Shown one piece after another: positions 38,991 to 51,804 of a stretch of DNA of 64,000 bases (within the stretch, counting starts at the first letter, position 1; the number at the start of each line of letters is the position of its first letter). The position numbers and the translations under genes were made by a program. This stretch comes from Trypethelium eluteriae. Its lineage: Eukaryota. The stretch spans positions 1-64,000 of the forward strand of contig JAVECL010000007.1 of assembly GCA_051942245.1 (NCBI GenBank), given 5' to 3'. Under the pieces are notes generated by a model. The model did no database searches, had not been told where the DNA came from, and was given only the letters and a program-made list of their open reading frames with translations.

Positions 38991-41429
38991 GATATGCACA
39001 TCATACACAGAGCTTTCTCGTCTCGGCTTACTCACACGGAGAAAGATGAAAAATCGAGTGCCGTGGTCGACATTCAAGTTCGGCTCATGACACATTGACA
39101 CCGTACACTGCAAACTTATGGGGCTAACGAATACATACTGCGCTCCGCTACCTCAAGTCATACTGCATGAGGCTACGAACTCCATGGAACAACACTGTCA
39201 TGACTTCGGCTACCTACTTGAGGTCGAAGCGTTAGTTTGCGGTATTTTACGCTTTTCAGCACCGTTTAGTTGTGTCATCGGACCGTCTTAGGTGAAGCCA
39301 CACGACTTCCAACTGCGTAACACGGCGGATGTTTGACAGCCGAGAGATGCTTTTGTGTTAAAATCCGAGAGTTCTCCAGACCAGAATGCTAAAGGTTACC
39401 GCATTGGATGTTTGATCCCAAAACTGTCACGTCAACCTCGAATGCTAAACCGCTCTGGGTGTGCTTCGAGTTTGTGCAGACGCGTGCATCCTGAGATTTC
39501 GCTCGTCCGATTGGGAAATTACTCATAAAGATGGTGTCCAATCTGATGACATCTTTGGCCGCCAGTCTCTCTCGGTCCAATGGGCCAGCCTTACTTGATC
39601 CCTACCACAGGACACGGAAACCGCCGATCCTGTACGCGGTTTACAAATCCTATAGTTGGTCACGCGCATCAACAGAAAGAGTCGACTGACGATTTTCAAT
39701 CGGACCCAGAATACCCGGAAGCAATTTCCCTTGCTTTCCGCGATCTGTCGCAGGAGCTCCAATGTTCGCACGTTCACCTACAGCGGACGAAAGTAAGAGA
39801 CCACGTCCCTGTGTACCCGCCTACCGGCCGGATCGAGATGCTGTGCTGCGTGACATGATTCTGTACTCAACAACCAGCCGGCTTCGCTTCTGTGCACGCC
39901 CGGCAACTCCCTTTACCGGTGCAGGCAACTCGGAATGCTGCATGCTTACTTTCATTATGGCTGGGTTGCGTACCATGAGCTCGACACGCATTCATTCATC
40001 GACCTGTGAATCATGGAACCGGTGGGACTCGACTGGAAGACCTGCTGCACCTGATGCTTGAGCGTGTCTGCGCTTATCAAGTTTGTGTCACAAGAGATGA
40101 CCTATGTATTGGAAACTGAATTCACGAATGTATTGGGATGGGATTTCTGGAGTATTTCGGCCCAATGCTACAGCGCGGAGTATGGGAAATTGGGATTCGG
40201 TGAGATTGATACCCGAGGCAAGCTGCCAAACCCCCACAAGAGGCTACATCTGTAGTATTGATGATGAGGAACCTCATGATCTCTGAAATTCCGTAACTCA
40301 CAATTACAATATTTGTCTTTGATGATTTTTCTTGGCAAATAGAGATGCACAGTGATGCTTTAATATATGTCTTATCTGTAGTCGATGCAACGATCGCAGA
40401 ACACCCTTCCTACGATTGGAAAATCCCCGCAACACCGAAGCCATCAGATGAGAGAATATTCACCGAAAATAACCAGATCTCAGCCTTCTTCAACAGCAAG
40501 ATTTTATCTCTTACGAGCACAAGTAAACGGACGCTCATTCTACAACAGGTCGGGAGGTTTGAAAGACTGAGCGGAAGTGGTAATCGAGTAAGAGAGGCTG
40601 CTCTTCGTATTCTTTATCCTCGAATGTGAAGAAGTTGTCGTTCATTTCTTTTTCTCAAGGATGGTTTCGGGGGATCTGGAGACTGAGTGCGAGTGTCTAT
40701 CCAGGAAACGAGGTTGCACTGTAGCGCCTTTGTCGCCGCAACTTGAGAAGCCTTCCTCTACTTCTTGTGGATGGCTATGGGCGATTTGAAAGACGGAGTA
40801 GGGACAGCCATCCATTCAAATAGATTGCTCTCCAAGTCTTCTGTCGTCGTACTTGCGGAAGTCATCGTCAGTTTTGTTTACTTGTCGATGGTTCTAGGAG
40901 CTTATAAGCTAGGAGTGCTAAACGGCTTAGTGTAGTTGCTGAGGCTTATGTTATGGCCAAGGGAGATCAAGTCTACAAAGCCGGGGTAGTCGTCCACTGT
41001 AAGAGTTTGTCTTTTATCTTCCTTACAGCATTTAGAGAATGTATCGCCATTAGGGGTCGACATATTGTTAATTCTGCAGCTTGCTAATACAGAGTAGTGT
41101 ACCTAGCAGTGTCAAGAGACAGTCGCAAGAGACCACTTCCCTACGGCCAGTAAACATCGTGTATATGCGTTGCATGGCAAAAATGGTACCGGGTTGAGAG
41201 CAGAAATACGAAAGTGAGTCTTGCCTGTCGGATTAGGGGCTTATGGAACCAGTGCTCAAGTGGGAGTTGAACGTGTCCTACTTCGTTCCTTGGAATCGTT
41301 CAAATGGCGCTTACAGACATGACATAAGAAGAGAACTCGCCGTATAATTTCCACTTCGTCGACTGAAGCCAACCGAAAAATCGATTCTCATCCCTGCCAC
41401 AGTTTGACCATCCATATGGACCACGTATT

Positions 41430-42335
41430 CTAGCTATTGATGTCCTGATCTGAAGCTGGTGCCAAGTTTGCATTCAGCTCCCGCTCAAATGGCATGTTTT
41501 TGCTTACATCATGTTTGATATCACGCTCCGTAAACCCCGTAATCGTGATCCGTCCTAGGGGCTTTGTCCGTCCATTTGAGTCCTTATCCCCCGCATACCA
41601 TCTTGCTGCGTTGGCCTTTCCATACACAATCTCCTTGACCGCCCATTCGATCAGCATGCCAAAATACTCTCCGTCTGCGCCGTCGTCGTAAAGGTAGCGA
41701 ACTGCGTCGCTCATAGGTTGCTTAGACTCCGGGTAACTCTTTAACGGAACTTGCATTTCGATCTGGAATTCGGCTTTAAGGGCTGTGCTGATGATGACAA
41801 AATTGGCGATATATTTTGTGCGGATACTCGGGAGCAGGGAGGCGGTGCGCACTTTATTCTTGAGGTTTTCCGTGATAGTTTCAACAGCGCGAGGAGGTAC
41901 GTCTGAGTCGCGGACCGTGACATCTTTGCCGAGCCGCTTGTTTTTATCGGTATACATCCTGTAGTAATACCACTTCGGAGAGGGTAGGCCGCACCCTGGG
42001 AGAATCAATTAGTTGAGATGATGTCGGATCCTCAGGCTTGGCTTACCTTGGTTTTCGTTGTTGGAGCCTCTTTTCTTGTGACTCAATTTCGAGGACTGTT
42101 GCGTTCCCAATTTCTTCATGCAAGCTACTGGCGGAGGTGTTGTCTCATGCAAACTTGGATTCTCCTCCGCCACTGATGCATTTGGGAAAAGTTCCTTCAC
42201 TTCGTTCGCGAATTGCCTATAGTTTGAGCCACCCTCGGCTGAAGGTGCTTGAGGTTTCGTGCTTCCACCATGCGAAAGAGCTGGAGTCACCAGGCCTGCA
42301 GTCAAGAGTAGTCCAAGGGGACCAAAGACCTTCAT
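41430..42335 (-). CDS. Orphan secreted protein with a putative Kex2-cleaved prodomain
   Basis: Signal peptide MKVFGPLGLLLTAGLVTPALS; KKR site at the end of exon 1; a 51-nt GTAAGC...CTAAT...CAG intron (41996-42046) joins the two ORFs in frame; a second intron is possible. Confidence 0.7.
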
Positions 42336-45243
42336 TACTGGAAGAGGGACCTAGGGCCTAGGCTCTCTTAATCTGCGGTTCCGAAATTGACTTAGACAGA
42401 ATGTACAGATTTGATATTGTATGATAGTCAACCGAGTTCTTGATGGAAGATTAAATGAATATTTTAGCTCCTTCAATTAAAGAGTGACGAGAATTGATAT
42501 CCAAAGGAGACCGTGCCAGCAGCCTTGTTCGTGGAATTGGCAAACGATTTCCAGGGCTCCCGGATTCATATTGCCTCACGAAACACATGACAAGTTGCAC
42601 ACTACTTCACCATCTATTTGATGTTGTGTGCAGTCTGCTTTGTGGCATGAACTAACTGACCTTCCTGGCTCGTTGGGCTCAAAGCTGAGCTGATACAGTA
42701 GCGATCGCCACTACATGGAGCACTTGCAAGTCCCGCTTGCCAGTAGAGGTAGTGATACAGACGGTTGGGTTTAACAACTGGTTGTTGGATCGTGAGAAGT
42801 TTATCGGAGATCAACGCTAATGAGTAAATGTAAGTTGGATTAGTTAGAATTCTAGATAAAGTGGTGCCTTCCTTCAGACTGAGGGAGACGAGGTGAATGC
42901 AGTCAGTAGTAAGCCATATATACAAAGAAGCATTTGAAAGGAAAGGCAATCCTCGCACAGGCACAGTAGTGGTGTTTGTCATTTTGAGGCGGGTAAGGTA
43001 AGCTGCGAAACATTCATTTCCATCCAACAATGGTGATTTCTCTCGCTGGTGTTGTTGTCCGGTTCTGCCCTGTTGTCTTGAGCTGCCGGGAGGGCGTGAC
43101 GTCATACTAGGGGACAATCATGCATTAGGTATTATCCTACCTATTCATTGCGACCTCTAAAGTCGAAAGGAGAATCCGATAGATTTCTTTGCTTCCCAAA
43201 AACCCAGTCAAGGCTGCCCCTGTCCGCAGTAGCTTAAGTCTTGACTTGACCTTTTCAAGAGCAACACGTATTACCTTTGAGTAAAGGCAATACACGTTTG
43301 TGGGACTTCTTGATTGTCATACTCCTTTCTTGCCCAATATTTCGATTTAGACACAAGCGTCCTCAATTCTCGAAAGAGCAATGAGTAGCTGCTTATGGAC
43401 AATTTTCAATGCTATCTGGTCTCTTCTATGTTCATAAGATTCAGCAGAATCTAATCCTTTACACAGTAAGGCACATATGCTCCCGAGCGGTATGCTTACC
43501 AAACCATTGGTTAAATTTCGACTCGTCCTTCTGGTTTCCATACCCTGCGCCGATTCCAAATCTGCCCGAGGAGCATCGAATGCTCAGAGGAGAGTTCCGA
43601 TACGCGATTTGAGCAGATCGAAAACTACTCAGGACATATACCAGGGTGAATCAAGAAGTCTCGATCCCATCAGAGTGACTGGCATTTCGATCTCAATGTA
43701 CCCCAAAAGTCCCATAGAGGTAGTTACATTTGCCATGTTGACATTATCTTCTCGCATTCCCTGATAAAGGCTCGTTAAATCTTACCTCAGCTCCTCTAGA
43801 GAAAGACAATTATTGATGTTTGCGTCCAAGAAGGTTGTTTCAGAGGCGATTGCTGTTTAGCAAGTATGATCCATCACGAGTTTGGCGTCTGTCATGACGA
43901 CTTTGCTCAGAGGAAAAGCTCTCAATGCGGTCAGGCGTCGGTGTGGCCTCAGTCCTTCCAAGAAGCCTTCTACCTTGGAAGAATCTGGAGGCGAAGGCCG
44001 CGGTCGAAGATCTATCTGCTCTGATCGTGGTACGCACGCCTTATGCGAGCTCGAGGAGTAAGGGTGATAGGTTGCAAGAGATGGTAAAATCAACTTACCA
44101 GTGGATTTTCCCTATCTGTCCCAATGCTTCTGTTTATATTTACACACCCGTGTCCACATTGAGACTGCTGGCTGCTTGGACAGTTCGCAGCAATACATCC
44201 CTCGAGCCGCGTTGGAAACAGGACAGTCCTCTACGTTTGTTTGCGAGCTCATCATGTAAAGAAAACAACAAGGATAGCAACGTAATCATTGCTCTTTGAC
44301 CCCAATTTTCGATACTCTATTCGTATTTATCCATCGGATGTCCCCAGTGTATCGGCATAATGTGGAATGATCCTTTACTCCTTGCAGGCTTTTGCTCCAA
44401 TCTGCTGCTTTGGTCGTCTTTGTCACTGGTCTGTGGTTCAATCGGGGTTCATATAGGGCAAGCAGGTTGATCGATGGTAAGGAGCGCGTGGCTACAAGTA
44501 TTGGTGCTATCAGCATGAGGTCCACCGTAGTCGACCTAGCAAAGCCAGTAGAAGTCAGCAGAAGTCAGGCCATAGCTGCGCCGAAGTTACTGGAAGATAT
44601 TCTTCAAAGCTCGATGAGACACCTTCATCCACTTCGATGTACCTTCGTTGAAAATTCTTCAGCGTAGCGCGTAGAGATGGACCGCAAAGACGTGGTTAAT
44701 CATACGGGACGTAGATGCGTAAGCTTCACGATACAAAGAGTGTCACGCAGGGTATGAGTGGAAATGTAGTTTCATAGAGTGCAGAGACGGAACACAAAGA
44801 CACGAGTATGGCTATAGAGAGCACCGAGAGTACCGAGAGTGTAATGACAACAATGTGACAACCAGGGTGGCACGAGCAGAGAGGTGCGTGCCTGCTGTGT
44901 ACGCCGACGGCGGAGGAAAGAGCCGCTACATCTTCATATCACTTCCAATTATTCATCCTCCCTGAAAATGGCATCGTCGACACGTAATTATTATGAACCG
45001 TTGCTCTCGAAAGCTGTCTCATCGAACTCAGTATACGAGGAGCTTCCAAAGGTTTTACCGCGAATTTCATCCAACTCTCAAACCTTTGAGAAATTCATCC
45101 TATGCTCATTCAGTATCACACACCTAGAGCTCTCTCGGACGCTTCTACACTCCGTACGGAGTGCCAAATCCCGGTTGCTTTCTTCAACAAATCTATTCCC
45201 GATTTTGAGAGGCTTTCACTCCATAGTTAGAGCGTAAACTATC

Positions 45244-46536
45244 ATGTCATCGTGCGTTTCATCGCCTTTTAATGCGATAATCAACTACGATGATGTTTAC
45301 GTCGAACCTCTCATTCTCTCCGCTCTTCAGTCTCGTCTCCCACCAAATTCTTACAAAGTGATCACGTCACTTTCAGACCACTCATTCCAAGATACCCCAT
45401 GCCTTCAGTGGCGTTCGTACGAGAGTCTTGATTTCGATGTTGCACTCTCGAGCCCATCAACGTGTCTAATCAACTCCTACATATACCGTAAAGCAGTCAC
45501 TCGGAAGCACTACCTCTCCACCACAATATCGAACTGGATAGTCAAGCACCCAACCTCCTTATTGAAGCATCACTATAAGCCTACAGTGGTGTTCGAACTC
45601 GATTATGCTGAATTTTTGGACGATGCCTTAACTGAGGCCGATTCTTGGGACCTCCGCATGAGCATGAAGGCGAACCTGGCCAGGGAGGGGAACGATAGAG
45701 AATACTGGATCCTAAAACCTGGGATGAGTGATCGCGGGCAGGGGATCAGACTATTTTCCACGGAGACAGATCTCATGTCCATTTTCGAAGGATGGGAGGC
45801 TGAACAGCCCGATTCTGATGAAGATGAAATTGACGAAAGCTTGTCCATGCAAGAAGATGCAAACGAGAAAGACTATTTAGTTGTCTCCGACCTCCGCCAT
45901 TTTATCGCTCAGCCGTACATTTCTAACCCTCTCCTTCTAGCCTCTCTCTCTAATCCGCCTCATAAATTTCACCTCCGTACCTACGTAGTCGCTGTCGGCG
46001 CTCTCAAAGTGTACATCTACCGTCCTCTACTCGCTTTATTCGCTGCATCCTCCTATCGACCGCCGTATGAATCTGACGAGCTCCAGCGACATCTCACAAA
46101 TACCTGCCTGCAGACTGAAAGCGGCAGCGGGCGTGCTCACGACGGCAGCGTGCGCCTGTTCTGGGATCTTCCATCCTCCGTCCCCGGGCTCGGGTTGGAT
46201 TGGAAAGATTTTGTATTCGACCAAATCTGCGCGGTGACAGCCGAGACCTTCACTGCTGCCTCAAGGGAAATGGTAACGCATTTCCAGCCGCTTCCCTGTG
46301 CCTTCGAGATCTTTGGGTTGGACTTCCTGGTCGATCAGAGCGGACAAGCATGGTTATTGGAAGTTAATGCATTCCCCGATTTCAAACAAACGGGAGAGGA
46401 CCTAAAAGACGTAGTACAGGGGCTATTTGAGGAGGTGATAGACGTAGCAGTAAAACCCTTTTTCGGGATCGAGGGGAAAGCGCCGACAATGGGGATGATG
46501 AGGCAGGTATTGAATCTGGATTTGGGAAGGCGATGA
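45244..46536 (+). CDS. Tubulin-tyrosine ligase family ATP-grasp protein (Pby1-like TTL domain)
   Basis: NSYIYRKAVTRKHYL, WILKPGMSDRGQGIRLF, KFHLRTYV, HLTNTCLQ, FEIFGLDFLVD and LLEVNAFPDF motifs. Confidence 0.9.
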   Translation: MSSCVSSPFNAIINYDDVYVEPLILSALQSRLPPNSYKVITSLSDHSFQDTPCLQWRSYESLDFDVALSSPSTCLINSYIYRKAVTRKHYLSTTISNWIVKHPTSLLKHHYKPTVVFELDYAEFLDDALTEADSWDLRMSMKANLAREGNDREYWILKPGMSDRGQGIRLFSTETDLMSIFEGWEAEQPDSDEDEIDESLSMQEDANEKDYLVVSDLRHFIAQPYISNPLLLASLSNPPHKFHLRTYVVAVGALKVYIYRPLLALFAASSYRPPYESDELQRHLTNTCLQTESGSGRAHDGSVRLFWDLPSSVPGLGLDWKDFVFDQICAVTAETFTAASREMVTHFQPLPCAFEIFGLDFLVDQSGQAWLLEVNAFPDFKQTGEDLKDVVQGLFEEVIDVAVKPFFGIEGKAPTMGMMRQVLNLDLGRR

Positions 46537-46737
46537 GACATTGTAGAAGCAGTATTTCGCCTGGTGTGGAATTGTACAGACTCGCCTATTCCCTAAACTA
46601 ATTTGGGTTGTCCCTGCCATCTTTCCGAAACTCGCCCAGGCCGTCACCTATTGGTAGGATGCAGAATTCATCAAATGTCCACCACGAACCTCGCCAATTC
46701 ATTTCCTATGAAGCCTTCAGCATCATTTGCCATGATA

Positions 46738-49220
46738 TCATATCCGCCCATTTGATGCCCCAGAGCCACCAAGTTGACTCTCATTCGCCCCATCCGGATA
46801 GAAGAAAGCAGCCAGCCTGTTCAATCCTGTTAGCAAACTTTTGTTTTCTTGTGGACTTTTCTTTCAGATGTGAGCACTCACGCAATAATCACATAAGCCG
46901 CAATCAGTAAACTCCCCTCCAGATAATTGCTCCTCCCATCCAGCACTAAGAAATTCACTACAAATGCCGTCACAAACAGACTGATCGTCTCAAAGAGATT
47001 GAAATATAAGCTCATCGCCTTGCCCAAGATCCACCCAAGCAACACCACCAATGGCGTCACAAACAACGCAATCTGGATGCTGCTTCCGACTGCCACCCCA
47101 ATCGCCAGGTCCATCTTATTCTTCGTCGCTACAGTCACAGCCGTAACGTGCTCCGCCGCGTTGCCCACGATAGGCAGGACGATGAGGCCAATGAAGGCTT
47201 GTGATACGGAGCTCGAGGCGGTCATAGCCGGAATCGCGTCGACGAGGAACTCAGCACACAGGGCCACGAGCCCGGTTGAGAGGAGTAACATCACAATCGC
47301 TGAAGTCCTGCTCAAGTGGGGAGCGTCTTCTTCCTCGGACGGGTAGTCAGGTCCAGTGCGTTCGCTCGCGGCACGGAGGACGCTTGCAGGGTTGGGCAAG
47401 GACATTGAGTTTATGGCAGGGGGTTGCGGGCGATTGAGACGATCAGGAAGGGAGTTGGTGCGACGAAGATTTGAGGAGCCGGGAATTGGCTTGTTGACCG
47501 GTCCAAGTGCAGGGGAAGTGCCAGGAGGAGGGGTGGTGAAGACAGTATTCGAAAGGACTTTGGGAAGCCCAGGGCGGAACGACTGACGATTGGAGAGTTG
47601 ACGAATAGCTAGGTTTCGCCAAGCCGAAGAAGTCTCTGGCCCAGGGGTTGAATTTTGTGGCTCGTCCACAAAGCCAACTTGACGCTGGGGAGACTCGTCG
47701 GGCGCAAAGTTATTATCGCCCGGTGTACCTTCTTTTTCGTTATGTTCCGTTGGCGGGCTCTTCATGGATTGCTTCCTGTGCTTTTTTTGCTTGTGCTTTC
47801 TCTTCTTCTTCTCCTGCATGGGACGGTCAATGGAGCGCACCGGAGATTTGGAAGATTCTCCAGCCTCTGTTTGAAAATCACGCACTCTCGGTTCGCTACG
47901 TCGCCGGGGAAGATTAGCATCAGTATCAGCTTCGTCGCCACTCATGATATCACCAAGAGCAGCACGTGGAAAATGGCCATTTAAATGGCCGTTACCAGTT
48001 TTTGTGCCGCTCTCGAGACTTGTCTTGGTCATCTCTGCTCCAGGCGAACTTACGACAGAAGGCGTATTGGTTGAGCTGGCGCTAGATTTGCGACGCCTTC
48101 GATTTCTGAAAGCTCGCTTGATTCGTTTGGCTGTTGTATGTGAACTAGATGATCCGTCTGTATCGCTACCAGTTGAAGAATCAGAACTCTCCGAGGAAGT
48201 CTCCATGAGTTCCGCCAAGACGCCAGGATGGGATTCCTCATCGATAATCTTCTGCGGAGTGCTCTCGTACATGTAGGCGTGCGACTTGAGTTGGAAGAGC
48301 AAGTAGAGGACATAGACGAGCAAGAGAACCACACTGGTGCCACGGCTGATTTGAAGAACCTTTGAATCTGCGTCTCCCGTGTCATTGAAAGAAGCGTGGA
48401 AAGCAGTAGGCAGTAGAAGGCTCATGACACTGAGACTTAGAAGACAAGCACTCATCTGAGTTACAGTGCTGTTGTATATCTTGAAAATGCGAATTAGCGA
48501 CTGGAAAATTGAAGCTTAGCTGCGATGACTGTTTACCTGTTCACGAAAACGAAGACCTCCAAAGAGAAAAGCCATGCCGAGAATCAGGAGCAAGTTGGCT
48601 AAGATAGAGCCGAGCAACGATGCTTGCACGATCTGGATCTCATTCTTGACCAGCGCAATGATGAAGATAATCAGCTCGACAGCATTGCCGAAGCTTACAT
48701 TCAACAACGCTCCCCACGTGTCACCAAGTCGACTTGCCACACTCTCAGTTGCATGTGTCAAGATGCCGGCAAGCGGGATGACGGCTATGGCATTAAGCGC
48801 AAAGACGATAGAGGGATTAAGACCAGCCGCCTTTACAGCAATACCTGCAGGTACGAAAACCAGAAGCAGATTGATCCAGCTTCTGGTCAAAGCCTCTCTG
48901 GTATGAGTGACGAAACGGACTGCTCCGTTCTTCAAACGAGTTGTGATTGCCAGCTCTTGCTGCTCTTCAGTTCCTACTTCAGGTGGTGGTGCAGGAGGAG
49001 GATTTTCTCCTGATGTATTGTCTGCAACGCTGTTGCCCGTGGGGTTTCCATCATGATCGCCACTCTTCTCATTGTCGGAGCTTGAAATGGTATTGTGAAG
49101 GCACGCATCCTTCTGTATGGAAGCCGAGGAGGTGGATTGCTCGTTTCTCAGAGGTAGGATCGAGTGGTGCGCATCCGAACGGATACGGTCTAGGAAGCTC
49201 GGATTGTCAGTCTCTCCCAT
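46738..49220 (-). CDS. Ca2+/H+ exchanger (CAX/Vcx1 family) with a long cytosolic loop
   Basis: Alpha repeats LNVSFGNAVELII and PIVGNAAEHVTAV; KNKMDLAIGVAVGSSIQIA and DGRSNYLEG motifs. Start uncertain: an upstream exon with a donor at ~49386 is possible. Confidence 0.9.
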
Positions 49221-50338
49221 CGATGGTGGATTAGGTGAAGGAGTGAAGCAGGAAGTGAGCATGTAGGGCAGGAGGTTATATATCGTAAGGCGCAGGCAGC
49301 TAGGCCGGGCCGAGCTGAGGCTTAGCGCACAGGGACTGGCCAAGCCACGCCCGGAGAGTGAGGAGAGCAGCAAAAGAAAAACTTACGCATCTTGTGAAAC
49401 GCTTCAAACGCACAGAATGTTACCAAGAACGAGCTTGTTGATCAACAGTTCTCGCGTTCCTTCCTACTTTCTAGAATGCAAACAAGCTTCGCACGTCATA
49501 GCATCATAACAAACCTGGTAACCTTGCCACGCTTGCCAAGACAAACCCAGCTCTTGGCGTTTCGCCTTGATTTCCACTTATCGAATTGAGGCTAAGTCCG
49601 CAACTCTAACTCAATGAAGTCTCGATTTTCTTTCCTAGTCCTTTGTCCTTCTCTATTCTGGGTATCAACACCATTGCTCACTCCCAAGTAAGTGATATTG
49701 CGATCTTTCACTGCCAACACTTGCTGAGCTTTATTCCGTTGTTCCTGTGGCCTTTCATAGATAGCCTCGAAAAGGCTATGCACCACAATTCCTCTACGCT
49801 CTAGTGACTTCAAGGCAGACAAAATTTCTCAGCGGAGCAAATTACTCCGTACTGGCTGCATCGTTTTTGGCTGTATGGTAGCCCAGCCAGTTCCTATTTT
49901 TTCCGCTCCTTTTTCTCAAATATGAAGATCTTCTACCTCGACATTTTTCCAGGGACTTAGGGAGGCCTTTTCATTAGATCTCTCCAATGCCATCAAAAGC
50001 CACAGACATATGGGCACGCGAATATTTTGTATTATCTTTCCCATTGGTTTAGATTGTTGGATATGCATGTACCTATCTGGGTTTCGCTATTTGTAATGCC
50101 AACCATTGCCTTACCTAGCAGATAGATAATAAGTGAATGGATGAGTTTGTACGTCATGTGAGGCCCTGCCTAGTATACCTGACCGTGGTTGGATAAGGTA
50201 AATACAAGCTCGAGCTGCAGAAGAGTATTATATAATGTGTGAGACTCGGGTGAGCTTCGGCTACTCTAACTCTGTCCGCCCTCAATTCGAACAATCTCCT
50301 CGCTCCCATCCTAGGTTCTACTCACTCATAGCACAACC

Positions 50339-51354
50339 ATGGACAACTTATTTGACGAAGTCCGTGCAGTCTCTCAAATCAGTGCTTTCTCCCCCGGTCG
50401 CGAACTTCCCGAGGATCTTGGTGACTTCCAACATGCTATCGGGGATATTCAAGGCTCCTACGTGCATCTGCAACGCGAAGCGTACGGCGACATCAGAGCA
50501 AAAAGTGTCAGCGACGCTCACAAATATTCCAGCAAATTCCCAGAAGTATCTGTTGAGACTCTCGCGACAGAAATTGCTACCATTCGATTACTGAAATCGA
50601 TCGCGGGACGCGTACAAGGCTATTTTCACCTCCCTACAAACCCGACGCAGTGCTTCAGCGTCGACCGCACAGTAGCAAACGCACGTCGCGTCTTGTATCT
50701 CTGTCGCAAATCAGGCATACACAGGTCAAGCATCGTCATTCGAATCTTTTCTACCGTCGAAGGTTTCAAGGCGTGTGAGGAGCTATCCAAGCAGGACATC
50801 AAGACTTCTGCCATTGCTCCCGCCATGCTTGAGCAGGTCGCTAGAGCAGCCGAAGCGGGCTGTGCCTTCATAGCTCCGCCTTGTAGCGATTTTTGCGACG
50901 TTGACCGACAATATGATTTCAGACTGGTCACCGCCGCTCGTGACTATCTTGAGAAATTTGGCTACAGCTGTTCCGTACTCCCCGAAGGACCCTTCCATTT
51001 CGGCAGTGCCTTGGTTCTTATGGGTATGAAAAGCATAGCACTCGACCCGCTGGCTATGTGCGAACTGAAACATGTCACTCAATGGGATCGAAACTGGAAG
51101 TATTTCGGATACTTCGCTCAGATTGAGTTTCCTAACCTGGAAAAGCTGGTTTTCCAAGATGATGGAGACTACCAAACCAAGTTACTCAACCGCCCAAGTG
51201 GTGGAGGACCAGCCGTGGAGCTACCTACTTATACGGTAAACAGCATAATACGTCTCTTCTCTCGTACTATCACGGCTTACTCCTGTCTCAGTATATTCGG
51301 CACGCTTGTCAAGTGCAACAAGACTTTGAGAATTACATGAGGCAGTTCTGCTAG
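50339..51354 (+). CDS. Divergent transaldolase-like protein lacking catalytic residues
   Basis: Fold-typical segments HLPTNP...TVANARR, IVIRIFSTVEGFKAC and EQVARAAEAGCAFIAP. A predicted intron near 51236-51291 gives the C-terminus YIRHACQVQQDFENYMRQFC*. Confidence 0.72.
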
Positions 51355-51804
51355 GATATCCAGCGATGACCGGGACTACTTGTACAGATTGGCGTTCAGC
51401 GGGACGCATTTGCTTGGAGTTTGGGAAGAAAATGTTTCACCGATTGTTGACCTCTCTTGAAACTCTCGAATGGCAGCATCCCGAAACTGTGAAATTTTAT
51501 CGTAGCATCGCAGGGTTCCCCATAGCCGCCACCTCCGCCAAAACTCCCCCATCAGCGCCAAAGTTCACGCACCTCACCAATTTTACCTATAAACTTACAG
51601 TCTCAATGGTTTTCTCGTTTTTCCACCCCCTTTACTGTCTGATTTAGAAATTATGAAGCAATCCAACTCACTATTGTCTTTCTCTATTATCCACACCTAG
51701 TTTTTCTAAATTTTTAGAGAGTCGTGGGTGCTGCTCTGCGTAGCTGTACATACGGAAAAACCTCAGTGGACTTGGAGATCCTCAATATAACTCTAATCTA
51801 ATCT

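Noticed and set aside
39123..39236. Possible hairpin (ACCTCAAGT...ACTTGAGGT) downstream of ron1
   Set aside because: Only a 9-bp perfect stem; compatible with chance without covariation data.
39389..40629. Cluster of short ORFs that might be a decayed gene
   Set aside because: Could not assign homology or a consistent frame.
42614..44700. Short ORFs on both strands
   Set aside because: No motifs or convincing splice structure.
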